Part shown: piece by piece, positions 13,518 to 26,989 of the stretch
Layout of the letters: every line of letters starts with the position of its first letter
Position numbering within the stretch: position 1 is the first letter of the stretch
The notes under the pieces: model-generated
What the model was told of the DNA's origin: nothing
Databases searched by the model: none
What the model saw: the letters and a program-made list of their open reading frames with translations, nothing else
Translations under genes and position numbers: made by a program
From: Octopus vulgaris
Lineage: Eukaryota
Length of the DNA: 64,000 bases
Assembly: GCA_951406725.2 (NCBI GenBank)
Contig: OX597832.1
Coordinates: forward strand, 63,922,001-63,986,000
Reading direction: 5' to 3'

Positions 13518-14108
13518 ATATATATATATATATACATAAACAATTCATCATTAAACTAAAGGATTACTCGGTATCCTTTAGTAGAGTATATATTTATATT
13601 TACAAATGAGTGGATGACTGGAGGTTTATACTGTTAATGCAATCCTCGGGTAGGGTAAGTAGCACTAAACGTGTCAGTGAGGACTTGGCATAGTTCTCCT
13701 CATGTGCTACCATAGAGTTTTCATCTACCCATTTTCACTCCCGCGGCTTGGGTCCACATGGAACTATGATCTACAGCTAAAACTCGAGATACTGCGCGTG
13801 GTGATACCTCACCGGATCCCATAATTGGGAAAGAAACTTTATAACCATCTGGCTTTTCCTGTGGTGTGTAGTTTGACAGCTGCAGTTGTTGCTGCACTTC
13901 TGTTTGGTCATCATAATAGATTCTTTTATATCTCTTAAAAACACTCACAGACAAAACCGAGCTAGCATCGGCGCAACGCAGTAAATTTAATTTCGCTTCC
14001 AATATACTTAATCCTAGAGAAATTGCGTTTTTATGAAGTCTTCGGATTAGACCTAAAGGAACAATATTTCGTAGTTCAATTTTCCACCAATCAAAACTGG
14101 CTTTTCCT

Positions 14109-14177
<69 letters not shown>

Positions 14178-14300
14178 TAAAACGAAAAATAAACTTTATT
14201 TTCTTGCGCGTAACATCTGGAATATTCTTGGTGTAACCTCGCTTGCCCTCTGTCTCCATAACTTATGAATATGAACAAAATAAATTCAATTTAATAACGA

Positions 14301-14369
<69 letters not shown>

Positions 14370-14730
14370 GTTATTCAGTAGTCTTATTTCCATAAATTAT
14401 TATTCTTAATATCTATTATTATTAGAATTTATTAATATTTCCTGACATAAGTATAGAACTATGAATTACTTTGTGCTATCTTATAGTCGATCAACATGAG
14501 TAATCGACTGCTGTTTCACTCATTTTCTTCCCACCTTAAAAGAGCAACGTGAGCCCCACGATGGGATCTGAACTCAGAAATAATGCTAACATAAAAAAGA
14601 CGTGAGGCAAATGACCAAAAAGTATTTTATGCAGCACTCTGTCTATTTTCTGCCAAAGCAACTCTTTTTTTATCATTCCATATGTGGACAAAATAGTGTT
14701 AATAATGATAATGTAGTATAAGGGGTATTA

Positions 14731-15110
14731 GTGGAGGCGCAGTGGCCCAGTGGTTAGGGCAGCGGACTCGCGGTCGTAGGACCGTGTTTTCGATTCTCAG
14801 ACTGGGCGTTGTGATTGTCTATTGAGTGAAAACGACTAAAGCTTCACGAGGTTCCGGCAAGGGGTGGTGGCGAACCCTGCTGTACTCTTTCACCACAATT
14901 CTCTCACCCTTTCTTCCTGTTTCTGTTGTACCTGTATTTCAAAGAGGCCAGCCTTGTCACACTCTGTGTCACGCTGAATCTCCCCGAGAACTACATAAAG
15001 GGTACACGTTTCTGTGGAATACTCAGCCACATGTACGTTAATTTCACGAGCAGACTGTTCTGTTGATAGGATCAACTGGAACCCTCGTCGTCGCAACTGA
15101 CGCAGTGTCA
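14731..15110 (+). mobile_element. tRNA-derived SINE family C, full length
   Basis: Head GGAGGCGCAGTGGCCCAGTGGTTAGGGCAGCGG (A box) ... TTTCGATTCTC (decayed B box). The 3' body is shared with 5263-5545. Confidence 0.85.
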
Positions 15111-15149
15111 CATAGTAGTGTTAGTAGTTCTATTGGTAGTATTTGAAAC

Positions 15150-15212
<63 letters not shown>

Positions 15213-15408
15213 TGAAATGTTAGTATAAAACACATGAAACGAGAGTAAATAAAAAATATGCAACAAGTTATTAATATTAATTTTGATAAATATATTTGCG
15301 TTAATAATTACATTGAACATTATTATTGCTATCATTATTACTATTTCATTTATTTAGATTTGTAAAGACACACATATACACACATGTGTATGTATGTGTC
15401 TATATATA

Positions 15409-15454
<46 letters not shown>

Positions 15455-15727
15455 GGACGTAGTTTTATGTGACAAAGAATAATTTAAAAAAAAATTTACA
15501 GGGAATTGCAAAATATACAATAGTTAAAAGTATGGAAAAGTAAAAAGAAAAATGATTCTGTTGCTGATGAGGATGATGGTGGTTACAGCGATGATGATGA
15601 TTTTAATTGTGATGATGAGGATAATGATGATGCTGATGATTATTTAAGCTATCATGTCATTGATGATACGTCGATTGCACTTGGTATAAGTCGATGATGA
15701 TGATAATGATGATGATGACAATAGTAC

Positions 15728-15790
<63 letters not shown>

Positions 15791-15800
15791 TAATAATAAT

Positions 15801-16350
15801 GTCCTGATGCAACATTGGGCAGTGGTTCTCATGGTTTCTGATCTTACACTGAATGGAAGTGTTATCATGTACATGGTTTTGTCTTGGTATAAAAGATGGG
15901 CTACAGCAGATATTCTGCTCAATACCACAGATATGCTTGTCAGTTGTTTGACCTTAACCAGTTGAACATATCCCTTAGTGGCTGAAGATATGTACATCTC
16001 TGATCACGAGCAGAAGTAGTGGGGGATCGTATCCAGGTATCGAGAGATTATTCTTTGGGATTTGGATAATTCGCCTCTGGAAACATGGGTGTTTCGTTCA
16101 TCATCCTTCAACAACCTTTATATTCAGGGACCTTTTGGGCGGGGTGTGCTACTCGAACTGAAAGAATTCTCACTGGGTTTCGCCAGCAAGATCATGCGCT
16201 GTTTATTGTGGGGTCACCATGTCGCGCTCATATGGTTGTGATGCATGAGTCTGGTGTACCCTTATCAGACGGATAGTCATGATAAGTATACTGGGCCTCG
16301 TGTATTTGTACCCAAGTGTCACTTTGATAGTATGTATTGCTCTCTAAGTC
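15801..16350. mobile_element. 550-bp non-coding element inserted in a (TAA)n tract
   Basis: Sharp-edged complex sequence flanked on both sides by long (AAT)n on the same strand. No credible ORF and no Pol III boxes. Confidence 0.6.
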
Positions 16351-16420
<70 letters not shown>

Positions 16421-16422
<2 letters not shown>

Positions 16423-16627
16423 TTCACATTATGGCACAGCGCCAACAATTTTGGGGCAAGGGCCAAGTCGATTACATCGACCCAAGCGCTCAACTGGTCC
16501 CTATTTTATCGACCCCGAAAGGATGAAAAATTGTCAACCTTGGCGGCATTCGACTCAGCATAAAAACTCACGAAATACCCTTAACATTTTTTTCGGCGCG
16601 CTAACGATTCTACTCACTTGCCATCTC

Positions 16628-16662
<35 letters not shown>

Positions 16663-17785
16663 TAATTTCTGACAAAAGCACGACTAGTATCTTTGTCGCC
16701 TCTTCCGGCAGGATTTTAACTAAGACCTAAAAGAGGCATGGCTAAATAACGTAAGGCATTTACTACGATGTTCCGCCCATGATTTCCATCTTGGGAAGCC
16801 AACTGCGTTTATCGAATGGATATTTTAGCTCGATATAATCTGGTTACTTCTTATTTTTATCGACCCCAGAAAACAACAATAACTATGAATAAATATATAA
16901 TAATAATAATAATGGTTTAAAATTTTGGCACTAGGCCAGTAATTAGGGGGAGGAGGACAAAACACTGGTAAGCATTTCGCCCAATGTGCTAAAGATTCTA
17001 CTGGCTCGCCACTTTTAATAATAATATTAATAATAATAATAATCTTTCTACTATAGTCATAAGGCCTAGAATTTCGGAAGAAGGGGTTAGTCGATTAGAT
17101 CAACCCCAGTACACAACTGGTACTTAATTTATTGACCCCAAAAGGATGAAAGGCAAAGTCGATCTCGGCGGAATTTGAACTCAGAACGTAGCGGTAGACG
17201 AAATACCTATTTCTTTACTACCCACAAGGGGCTAAACACAGAGAGGACAAACAAGGACAGACAAACGGGTTAAGTAGATTATATCGACCCCAGTGCGTAA
17301 CTGGTACTTATTTAATCGACCCTGAAAGGATGAAAGGCAAAGTCGACCTCGGTGGAATTTGAACTTAGAACGTAGCTGCAGACGAAATACCGCTAAGCAT
17401 TTCACCCGGCGTGCTAACGTTTTATCCAGCTCGCCGCCTTAACGATGATGATGATGATGATAATAACAATAATAATAATAATAATAATAATAATGATAAT
17501 AATAATGATAATAATAATTTCTGCTTTCTGTATAAGGTCAGTAGTTGTGTGAGCAAGGAATTAGTCGATACCACTGATCTCAGTACTTGACTGGTCATAA
17601 TTTTTTAATGAAGGGGCCAGTTGATTACATTGTATTTTGTACATTACTATTACTAATCTTTTTCGAACTCCCGAAATAGATTAGAATAAGATTCTATGAC
17701 GTCTATGGGATTTTAATTTAGAGCATAGAGGGACGTATCTAAATACCACGAGATATTTTGCCCGTCGCTCTGTCGATTCTGCTAT
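16421..17785 (-). mobile_element. Cluster of about 5 SINE family A copies, including a dimer or nested pair at 17042-17440
   Basis: Repeated consensus motifs separated by (AAT)n. Two cores lie at 17100-17205 and 17280-17440. Confidence 0.9.
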
Positions 17786-18834
17786 GGCTGGTTATTGACG
17801 CTATATTCTTTATCGTTTGGAAAAAAAATAACTTGTTTAGGTCTCTTCGATATATTTAAGCTCCTTGTCTTGACAATGGCGGTAATAAATACAACTCTAT
17901 CAGAGCTTCCGGTCTACGTTCACTAGAAAATGGACACCTTACATACCGAGCTACTGCGACGATGTTAAATACACAACGAAACCTTAGGAACGTGAAACAA
18001 GATGTTAATTGAGTCAAAACATGTAACGAAAAGGAAAAAAAAATCTAAGCCAAACGTAAACCCAAATAGAGAGAAAAAAGTCAACTGATTTTTATAGACC
18101 ACCGCATAAAAAGTGGACGAAAATCGTATTTTATATAAAGTCGTTAGAAAGAGCAGGAAATTGTTTACATCTTCTCAGGGGTTGAATATAATTTGCTATT
18201 TTCAATCGAATGGTTTTCATTTTGCTTATACTGGGGTTCCCAGACAGAGCCGTGTGACTAAGAACTTTACTTTGTTATCGTATAGTTCCAGGTTCGATCC
18301 CGGTGCGCGGTACTTTGGTCATGTGCTTTTTAACATAGTCCTGACTTGAGAAATACCGTCTGAGTGAAATTTGGTAAACAGAAACTGTGTAGAAGTCAGT
18401 TGTATGTATAGAATGTGAATGTACGCATCACTTTCGCCGATCGATATCTGCGAAATCTGTAAGCACCGGCAAGTAAACCGAAAAACAGGTTCTTTATTAA
18501 AGAAATCCTTCGAGATATTTGTTCCATGGCGAGCAACTTAAACTCCCTTGACCCTCATGTAGTTAGCAAATTAGTGCTTGATCTGTTGGAAACCTGTTAC
18601 CAACGACACGTTCTTCACTAATTGTAAATTAAAGTGAAAAATAAAATAAGAGAGCATCAGTTGTCAAATGAATGAAAACTGGAAAAGGGAATGCGTGAGG
18701 TTCATGCCTTTCAAAGGAGAACCAATAAGGTAAATGAGGTGAATTCTTGAGATTTACAATTCCTTAAAAAAAAAAGGAAAATCGAGTTGATTTGCCGCAA
18801 GGAAGTTTACTCCTTCCCCACTTTTCATTACTGG

Positions 18835-19040
18835 TTTTCAAATTTTGTCACAAAGTCAGCAACTTCAGAGGAAGGATAAGTTATTTAAATCGACCCCAGT
18901 ATTCAACTGGTATTTATTTTATCGACTACGAAAGGATGAAAGGACTTCGACAGAATTTGAACTCAGAACATTAAGACAGACAAAATGCCGTCGCTAAGCG
19001 TTTTGCCTGGCAATGCTAACAATTCGGTCAGCAGCTCATC
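18835..19040 (-). mobile_element. SINE family A, diverged copy
   Basis: Plus strand atcgaccccagtattcaactggta...gaaaggatgaaagg...gaatttgaactcagaac. Confidence 0.8.
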
Positions 19041-20082
19041 ATCTTTCTTCTTTCTTATTATTTATTGCTTATAGAGCAGAGTGGCATTGGGGGGTATATT
19101 TTTCCATATCAAAATATAATGAACGTTCAAGGTCTTTTTTCTTATATAGGCCGAAATAGTTTTCGAACACAAACGCGCGCACACACACACACGTACACAT
19201 ACATGTGCACACATACGCTTGTGCACATGCTTGCATATATACATGCTGGGATTCTGTACAGTTTCCATCTACTAAAGCATTTTGTGAATTGAAGGTCATA
19301 CTAGAGGATATTAATCTGAAGTGTAATGCATTATGGTCGTGAATAAAATGTTTTAATAAACTATACAACTTTAGCTGTATTTAAATATTTTTAACATTTG
19401 AAACCAAAAAACCAAGCAGTAAACTGGAAACTCTTCCCAGATTTGATGCTGAAATTTTAAAATATCTGAATATATTTTAAATATTTTTGTTTCTTGTGAT
19501 TTAAAAAAAATCGCATTCCTCGTTTAAAATATTTAACAGTAAGCAAATCTTAGAATTTATGTGAATAAAGGAGGTCCTAAGTCTTCTGATCAGGGTCCTG
19601 ACGCGAATGTTTGCAAAAGAGTGGGGTCTGCTGAAGGCACCTGAGGTTCCAGGTGGTGTTTGAAAAAACAGGTGACGAATTAACTATATAGCTCAACAAT
19701 AGGAATAATCTCTCATATAGACTCCCACAGTTTCCATTTAGCAAATTTCACTCACAAGGATTTGGTCAGACTTGGGTCTGAAGCAGAAGATAATCGTTCG
19801 AGGAGCCGTGAATCGAACTCGCAACCGTTGTTTGCAGAGTAAAACACTTCAGTCCACAGCCACACGCTTGCCTTCATTCTCAGCAGATGAACCTTGATTT
19901 CCCTGATGCGCCAGAATTTCAACTTTTCTCATGGCACGTGGTGTTATCTTGTTTTCGAATATTCTTCTATTAAACGCTGCTGTTCTTCTAAGTGCTTATT
20001 CTGACATAATGAAGCTTTTCGCCTTTGCAACGACTTCTTTATACGAAACGATTAAAAATAAAGATAACAAGATGCAGCACGG

Positions 20083-20138
20083 AATTTTGTCAGCGAACAG
20101 GTCGCGGTCTCAAAGCGACGAAAATATTTTGACAAATT
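20083..20138 (+). ncRNA. Type I hammerhead fold with swapped core pair G3-C8, within a repeat spanning about 20070-20277
   Basis: TTTGTCA-GCGAACA-G-GTCGC-GGTCTCAAA-GCGAC-GAAA-ATAT-TT-TGACAAA: 7-bp stem I, 5-bp stem II, palindromic AATATT stem III. A related inverted fragment lies at about 150-175. Confidence 0.65.
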
Positions 20139-21224
20139 AAATGTAAATGTTGAAGTGAATCTAACGGATTTTGTGTGTTTCTTAAATGGCTTATAAACAC
20201 CTTCCACGCTGCAATTGTTTTCGTTCCAGCACACGATCTCATATCAGGTCGCTTGCTATGCAAGTGCATCTCCGTAAAAAATAATGATTATTTTAAAAAA
20301 CCGTGCAAGTCCCTATATTAGTTAAAAGAACACTTCGGAAGGAATGTCTGATCATAGGTCTGTCTATTCAAACACAGCGATGAGCTAGGACAAAGCAACA
20401 ACAAAACAAAAAGACACATTAAGCAAAATAGTCTTAGATAGACTATGTTGGAGTCAGCATGAACACAATTGCAATGCGTTTGACCTTGTTCCATTGGGGT
20501 TGTCCTGGGGCCAAAAGAAAAAAACATCACGAATAAAACTGTACTTAAATCGATCGATGTACTTCATTCTGAGTTCATCTGTTCATGTTATAACTCTTGA
20601 GGCAATATCAAATTTCAAAACATTATTGACTATTGAAAAATAAACAGTGAAACTCTCGTCAGTTTTATAGTGCTGCTGCTGCATACGTTGCAGAATTATA
20701 TTATCCCACAGTTGCTACTTTATCGCTGGAGTAGGAAAATAAGTGCTTTAGTAACAGTCACAGGAGACGAATCTCTAATCTTTTGGCATGGTTTCAAATA
20801 ACTTGACTCGATTGAACACTGGCGACTCTGAGAAAAACAGGCCGAGAAGCCTCAAATTTATCATTGTTTAAAATACATCAGCCAACGGATCTATTAACGC
20901 ATAAGGACATTGTCTTTATAATTTCGAGACTATGTTGAAACACTGATAATAGATAAAATTGAAGCCGAAGAAAATGTTCAAACTGCTTATCAGAATTTCA
21001 TGTACCCGACCATCAGATTGTCGTGCATATTTAGACCAAGACTGTTGCTCTAAACATCACCGCTGTTTGATAATCATTTACATGAAACTCTGAGTAACAG
21101 TTTGTGAAATTTCTCAGCTTCAATAAATTAATAATTTACATTACCTTTAGTATTCGAATACTAGTTTCCTCTACCGTTCTTTGCACCTATGTCTACGTGG
21201 TCAGGTGCGCCCGCGCACACACAT

Positions 21225-21607
21225 TCTTTTATACTTTTATTCTTTTAGTTTCAGTCATTTGACTGCGGCCATGTTGTAGCATCGCCTTTAGTGGAACAAA
21301 TCGACCCCAGGACTTATTCTGTGTAAGCCTAGTACTCATTCCATCGGTCTCTTTGGCCGAACCGCTAAGTTACGGGGAAGGAAACGCACTAGTATCGGTT
21401 GTCGAGCAATGTTGGGAGGATAAACGCATACACACACACATACACACAAATGACGGGCTTCTTTCAGTTTCCGTCTACCAAATCCACTCACAAGGCTTCT
21501 ATCGGCCCGAGACTATAGTAGAAGACACATACCCAAGGTGTCACGCAGTGGGACTGAACCCGGAACTATGTAGTCGGTAAGCAAAGTACTTATCACACAG
21601 CCGCTCT
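21225..21607 (-). mobile_element. tRNA-derived SINE family B (CORE-like segment, internal microsatellite, LINE-type tail)
   Basis: Reverse complement of the 50974-51406 copy: GGCTGTGTG..AAG, GGTTCAGTCCCACTGCGTG.CACCTTGGG, tail CATGGCCGCAGTCAAATGACTGAAAC. Confidence 0.9.
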
Positions 21608-22565
21608 ACAAACAAACACTCTCAGTTCAACATCGAACTAGCTCATATAAATGCAGGTCATGGGAAGATGCAGAAATAGCAGAGAACCCACGCTTTTCAC
21701 CAATAGTGTTTGATACAGCAGGCTTTCGTGTCAGTCATATGTAAAAGTCATAATCTTCAGCATTTCATTACGAAGTTACTGTATAATTTCTCTGCTCACT
21801 TTAAGCTCTGGCAGTAACGGACAGAGTTGCTTCCCTGAGGAGGTCTAATAAGGTCAGAACATGTTTAGGGTTGGGAACAAATTACTGAAGATCAGACTCA
21901 TCTCTTAATACGTTTTAGGTGTAATTTGATTTTAACTAATTTAAATATGAGTCGGTTCTCTTAGCTTCTACGTACAGAGGCAATCATTTAAATAATAATG
22001 CCTTTCTCATTGCTCGGAGAGCAATTATATTTAAAGAAAGTTAATTTATTAGATAACTACATCAAGTATGTTATCTACGACTTTAATAGTGGTGTTTCAT
22101 AGTAAATAAAATAACATAGATATGAACAAAATCTGAATACCGAAAGACAAAATTATAAATATCTAGCAATCAATTAATAAAAGTACAACACACTAGTGGA
22201 TGCTGCTCCAGCATGATCGTAGCAGAGATGGTTAAACTTGGAAACATCTTTGTGAAAATTAGAAAAAAAAGAAACCGAATTGAAATGATCGCCAGAAACG
22301 TAACGGAAGAGAGCAGAAAACTAAAATAATGACAAAAACAAATTAATAGACATCAATGCACCAGTAAGAGCATTTTCAGTCATAATGTACTTAGGAAGAC
22401 TTGAAACAAAATGGAAGTGAATAAGTAGACAGAAGTTAATTAGAATATTAGAAAGTTTTAAAGAACAACAGCACAAAACATCTACAGACAATTTGTTTAA
22501 TATAAGCTGATGAGCCAAGGGACTGCTACAATTAGAATGTCGTAAAATAGATACCAAAGAATTAT

Positions 22566-22628
<63 letters not shown>

Positions 22629-22900
22629 TCGAATAGACAATAAGTTGAGTTCAAATGTAATGCAGTCTAGCTTTGAATAATATTTAAATCATATGCGGTG
22701 GAAATTAATGGATGCATACGTATATTTGTATGAACTTACATATATACATTTCTACATATACGTATATACATACATAAATATATATATATGTGTGTGTATG
22801 TGAGTATATACTTACACTCACACACACACATATATACTTATATATATGTATATGCTTACATATATGCATATGTGTATATACTTGCACATATATACACACG

Positions 22901-22933
<33 letters not shown>

Positions 22934-22987
22934 ATATAGTCACATATGTAAATACACACACATATATATATGAATATGTATTTTACA

Positions 22988-23030
<43 letters not shown>

Positions 23031-23400
23031 GAAGATCTCTCCTCCTCTCTCTATTATATATATAAGTGCCTACACACACATCGTATATTCATATAAACGT
23101 ACTTATAATTATATATATATTCATGTATATATACAAATGCATTCATATATATATATATATATATATATAAATTATTATTTATATTGTATATATAAATTTA
23201 CACAGATGTACGTGTATATAAATGCGTACATACATACGTGTGCTTGTGTGCCAGTGTAAAGAAACGATTTGCTACTCGTATTGTTGACCCAGTTTTGAAT
23301 ACAATTCTTGAATCCTGAGTGCAATCAAGATAAAAATCAAACATCAATAACATAGCGATGGCCCAATGAAAATTACCGGGAAATACTTCGTGTCTACTAG

Positions 23401-23543
<143 letters not shown>

Positions 23544-23640
23544 TATATATATATATATATGTATATATACTTAGATAACTTAGATATATAATAGATGTAT
23601 AATAACATCAGATATTCTGGTTGATACTGTGATATATATA

Positions 23641-23736
23641 AAGTGAAGACTCTGAAGAAACTGCACCGGTATTGTTGTAAGGTTGCAGTTACAACGGTCA
23701 CTACTCAGTGCAGTTGAAACATATGTAGGTCTACTT
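23641..23736 (+). ncRNA. Intact type I hammerhead ribozyme, predicted cleavage after GUA at 23727
   Basis: AAGT-GA-AGACT-CTGAAGA-AACTGCAC-(extended hairpin TTGTAA/TTACAA)-GTGCAGTT-GAAA-CATATG-TA-GGTCT-ACTT. All core nucleotides are canonical, stem II is 8 bp and stem III is palindromic. Confidence 0.9.
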
Positions 23737-23839
23737 GAGGCTGTATATATATATATATATATATATCAAGGAATTAAAGGTAATGCTAATGCTAGTTCGT
23801 AATAATCATTATTATTATTGATAGACATATACACATGCA

Positions 23840-24062
23840 TATGTGTGTGTTTGTGTGCGTTTATGTATGTCTGCCTGTCCTACCCACCGCTGGACTACCT
23901 TCCAGCGTCTATTTACGTCCCCGTAAGCTAACAGTTCAACAAAAGAGACCGACGCAATAAGTAACAGATTAAGAAAAGAAAATAAATAGTGGAGTCGATT
24001 TATTTTACTTCAAGTCGGTGCTCCAGCATGGCCGCAATCCAACGACTGAAACAAACAATGAG
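23840..24062 (+). mobile_element. 3' half of SINE family B, diverged
   Basis: tttacgtccccgtaa...caaaagagaccga...gtcggtgctccagcatggccgcaatccaacgactgaaacaa. Confidence 0.75.
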
Positions 24063-25468
24063 AAATAGTAAAAGCAATTACAATTTCTTTTGAACCATAC
24101 GAAAGGTCGCCACAGACTTGCGCTGTGCAGATTATTGTGATACATGAACGCCTGTGTGTGTCAACCAAAGTAGATCTTAATATTTGGCAAATCACGACTC
24201 GAACATTATCATTTATGAATTCAGGAATGGAGAGAGATTCCAGTTGAGTTTGGAATTATACAAAGTTTGTACTGTGGTAAGTTTAAAAATGTCTTGACCA
24301 GTTCTCGTCTTTGGACAGCAGCCATGGCCATACTGTGGAACTGTCTTCGAAGATTTAGACGATAATAACCCACAGTTCGTGTTTAAAGTTTCGTACTTAA
24401 TATATCTTTCTCTATTTGTCGAACCGTTAAGTTACAGAAAACATAGACACTCGTGCACGAATATGTTTTACGTTATAAGAACTTAGAATCTTCGAGAGAC
24501 GCGTGAAGTAATTCGTTTTTAACTGCGAAACTCGAAGTAGATAACGCTATAAGTACTAGCGTGTAAATATTGGGTTTAAATGAGAAAACCTATTGCACTG
24601 CAAACGTGTAAACTCACGAGTAAAATGTTTAATTCAGGTACTGGAAAATGAGTGCCTTTTGTTTTTACGATTCATTAAACTGTCATGTTCTGACGAATCA
24701 TAAAAAGAAACCGACAGTAATTGTAGTCGATTTATCTATTCAGTATTTCAACATATGTATTCGAACCCACGAACATATACACACTTAAAAACGTGTGCCT
24801 ATCTGTGTAATTTGTATTTGTGCGTGAATTTACAATTGAGAGAAAAGAGTATCTAACTACAAAGATTAAATTACATTTCAAATTAGGAAACTGAAACCCG
24901 TTTTGCACTTTTAATTTTGAAGTCCTTGTTTCCAATTATTTAATTGAAAGTTTGATGATAATCTCGAAGACAGACTATTTGATGCCACTATAAAGAAGTG
25001 CATTGTTACTAAAAGCCAAACGGAAACATAAGAAACTGCAGCCGAACTAGTCATGCATTATTAAAAGGATTAAAATACTGGTTATACCGGCCAATGTTTT
25101 CAGTAGGAGAGACAAAACCTCCACCTGTTTGTACAGAAGAAAATTAACTCTTTCATCCTTTAACACGTCTCTGCATGGATACTTTAGAAAAAGAAGCTGA
25201 TAAATACCATTTCAAAATTCGAATATAAACAGAGTCATCTCCCCTTAAGTAATCTTCATTCCTGATAAGTGTTGGTACCTTTGAAAACCATACAAGGCAT
25301 AACGAAACCACATGCAGTGAGATAACCCATAAAATCGATTTGTTTAAACCCATAAAATCGAAGTCTTTAAGCGCCGGATTGAAAATATTAAAAGTCTGGA
25401 AAATTTTGACTCTTGTGAAACTGAGTAGCAACAAGTGAAACCAGATGTTTAAATACATAATTATAACC

Positions 25469-25528
<60 letters not shown>

Positions 25529-25799
25529 GGTAGGAGGGTAAATCCCAGCTCTTTCCTCTTGAAGCACATCTGCTTATTCCATGATCATAATCCAGTATCT
25601 CTTACATGCTTATCTTAGATGAAAAACTTTGTAATTCCTATTAGCAAAAGAAGCCCATGTAATGGTGAATGAATATTATCAAGAAATTTTACAATATCCT
25701 GTTTTATACACACGCATATATATATATATAAATATATATATCTAGCAAGTTCAGTATGTGGCAAAGTAATTTATTTTACTAAGCCCTAATTATATAATG

Positions 25800-25832
<33 letters not shown>

Positions 25833-25833
<1 letters not shown>

Positions 25834-25960
25834 AGCTGGCAGAATCACTAGTGTTGGACAAAATGCTAAACGGTATTTTTTCCGGCGTTATACGTTCTGA
25901 GTTCAAATCTCATCGAGATCAACTTTACCTGATTCGGGGTCGATAAAATGAATTACCAGT
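25833..25960 (+). mobile_element. SINE family A 5' part, in the rare plus orientation
   Basis: gagctggcagaatc...cgttctgagttcaaatc...ttcggggtcgataaaatgaattaccagt. Confidence 0.8.
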
Positions 25961-26166
25961 AAAAGACTTGTACTTGTCCCTGGATCCTGTAATGGACTGG
26001 CGTCCCGTTCAGGACAGATGCTGTGACTTATATGCTGCTGAAACTGGCAAACCGGCCTTAAGGGCTAAAAATAATTATATATAATTCATAAGGATTAAAT
26101 ATTCTATTCACTCTCAAACTTACTTTTGAGTCCTTTATACTAAGTAACCGGACATTATTCCCCTGG

Positions 26167-26206
<40 letters not shown>

Positions 26207-26835
26207 CTTCCTCACCTCTCTTGTACCTTGTTTCTTTCTCTCTCTCTTTCCTCCTCCCTCACATTCTATGATCCCTCCTTCCCATTATTTGGTCCCTCTG
26301 ATTTCTTTCCCCTCTCTCCTATTCCTGAGTCCTCTGCTTTCTTCAACTCATCCCCTCCTCTACCACGTGATCGCTGTCCGGTTTATGCATTCTCGTTTTT
26401 TTTTCGGGCGACCGCCTTTGAGGTCATTCGCATCTGTTCTGTCTCGCCGCCTGGTCAGTTAAAATATTCCCATTTCCTTTTTCCATGCGCTACCTTACTA
26501 CACTGTCTGATAGTTGAAGGACTCTGTTTTGTTTTACTTTTGTTGCATAGCCGAAAGGCTTTTGTCCATTGTATGTGTATAATTATATTTTTTGTCTTGC
26601 TCAAGGGCTTAATGCCTTCAGCTTAAGCCCTCCGCCCAATTGGTTTCGGGTAGTATCGGAGAGGATTGGGCGAAATTGCATGGACATTGCAGACTCCGAC
26701 TGAAGGAGCAATTGGCTGCGAATGATCCGCGTATCCTGTTTTGTCCTGTTTGCTGTTGTTGTACTATCGCCATTTTCCTTTTTGTTATGTTTTGACGATT
26801 TCCGTTTGTTGTGTTTTTTACCTTATGTATATATG

Positions 26836-26867
<32 letters not shown>

Positions 26868-26917
26868 TGTATGTATGTATGTATGTATGTATGTATGTAT
26901 GTATGTATGTATGTATG

Positions 26918-26989
<72 letters not shown>

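Noticed and set aside
14731-14810. Possible tRNA gene
   Set aside because: The B box is decayed, there is no proper cloverleaf, and it continues into a SINE body.
15644-15997. 117-aa minus ORF in the TAA-flanked element
   Set aside because: Half of it is poly-L/S from microsatellite and the remainder has no domain motif.
24680-24720. CTGACGA...GAAACCG hammerhead-like motif (similar at about 26699, 55787 and 60237)
   Set aside because: Stem II or the cleavage-site geometry is missing, so these cannot be distinguished from chance or very old decay.
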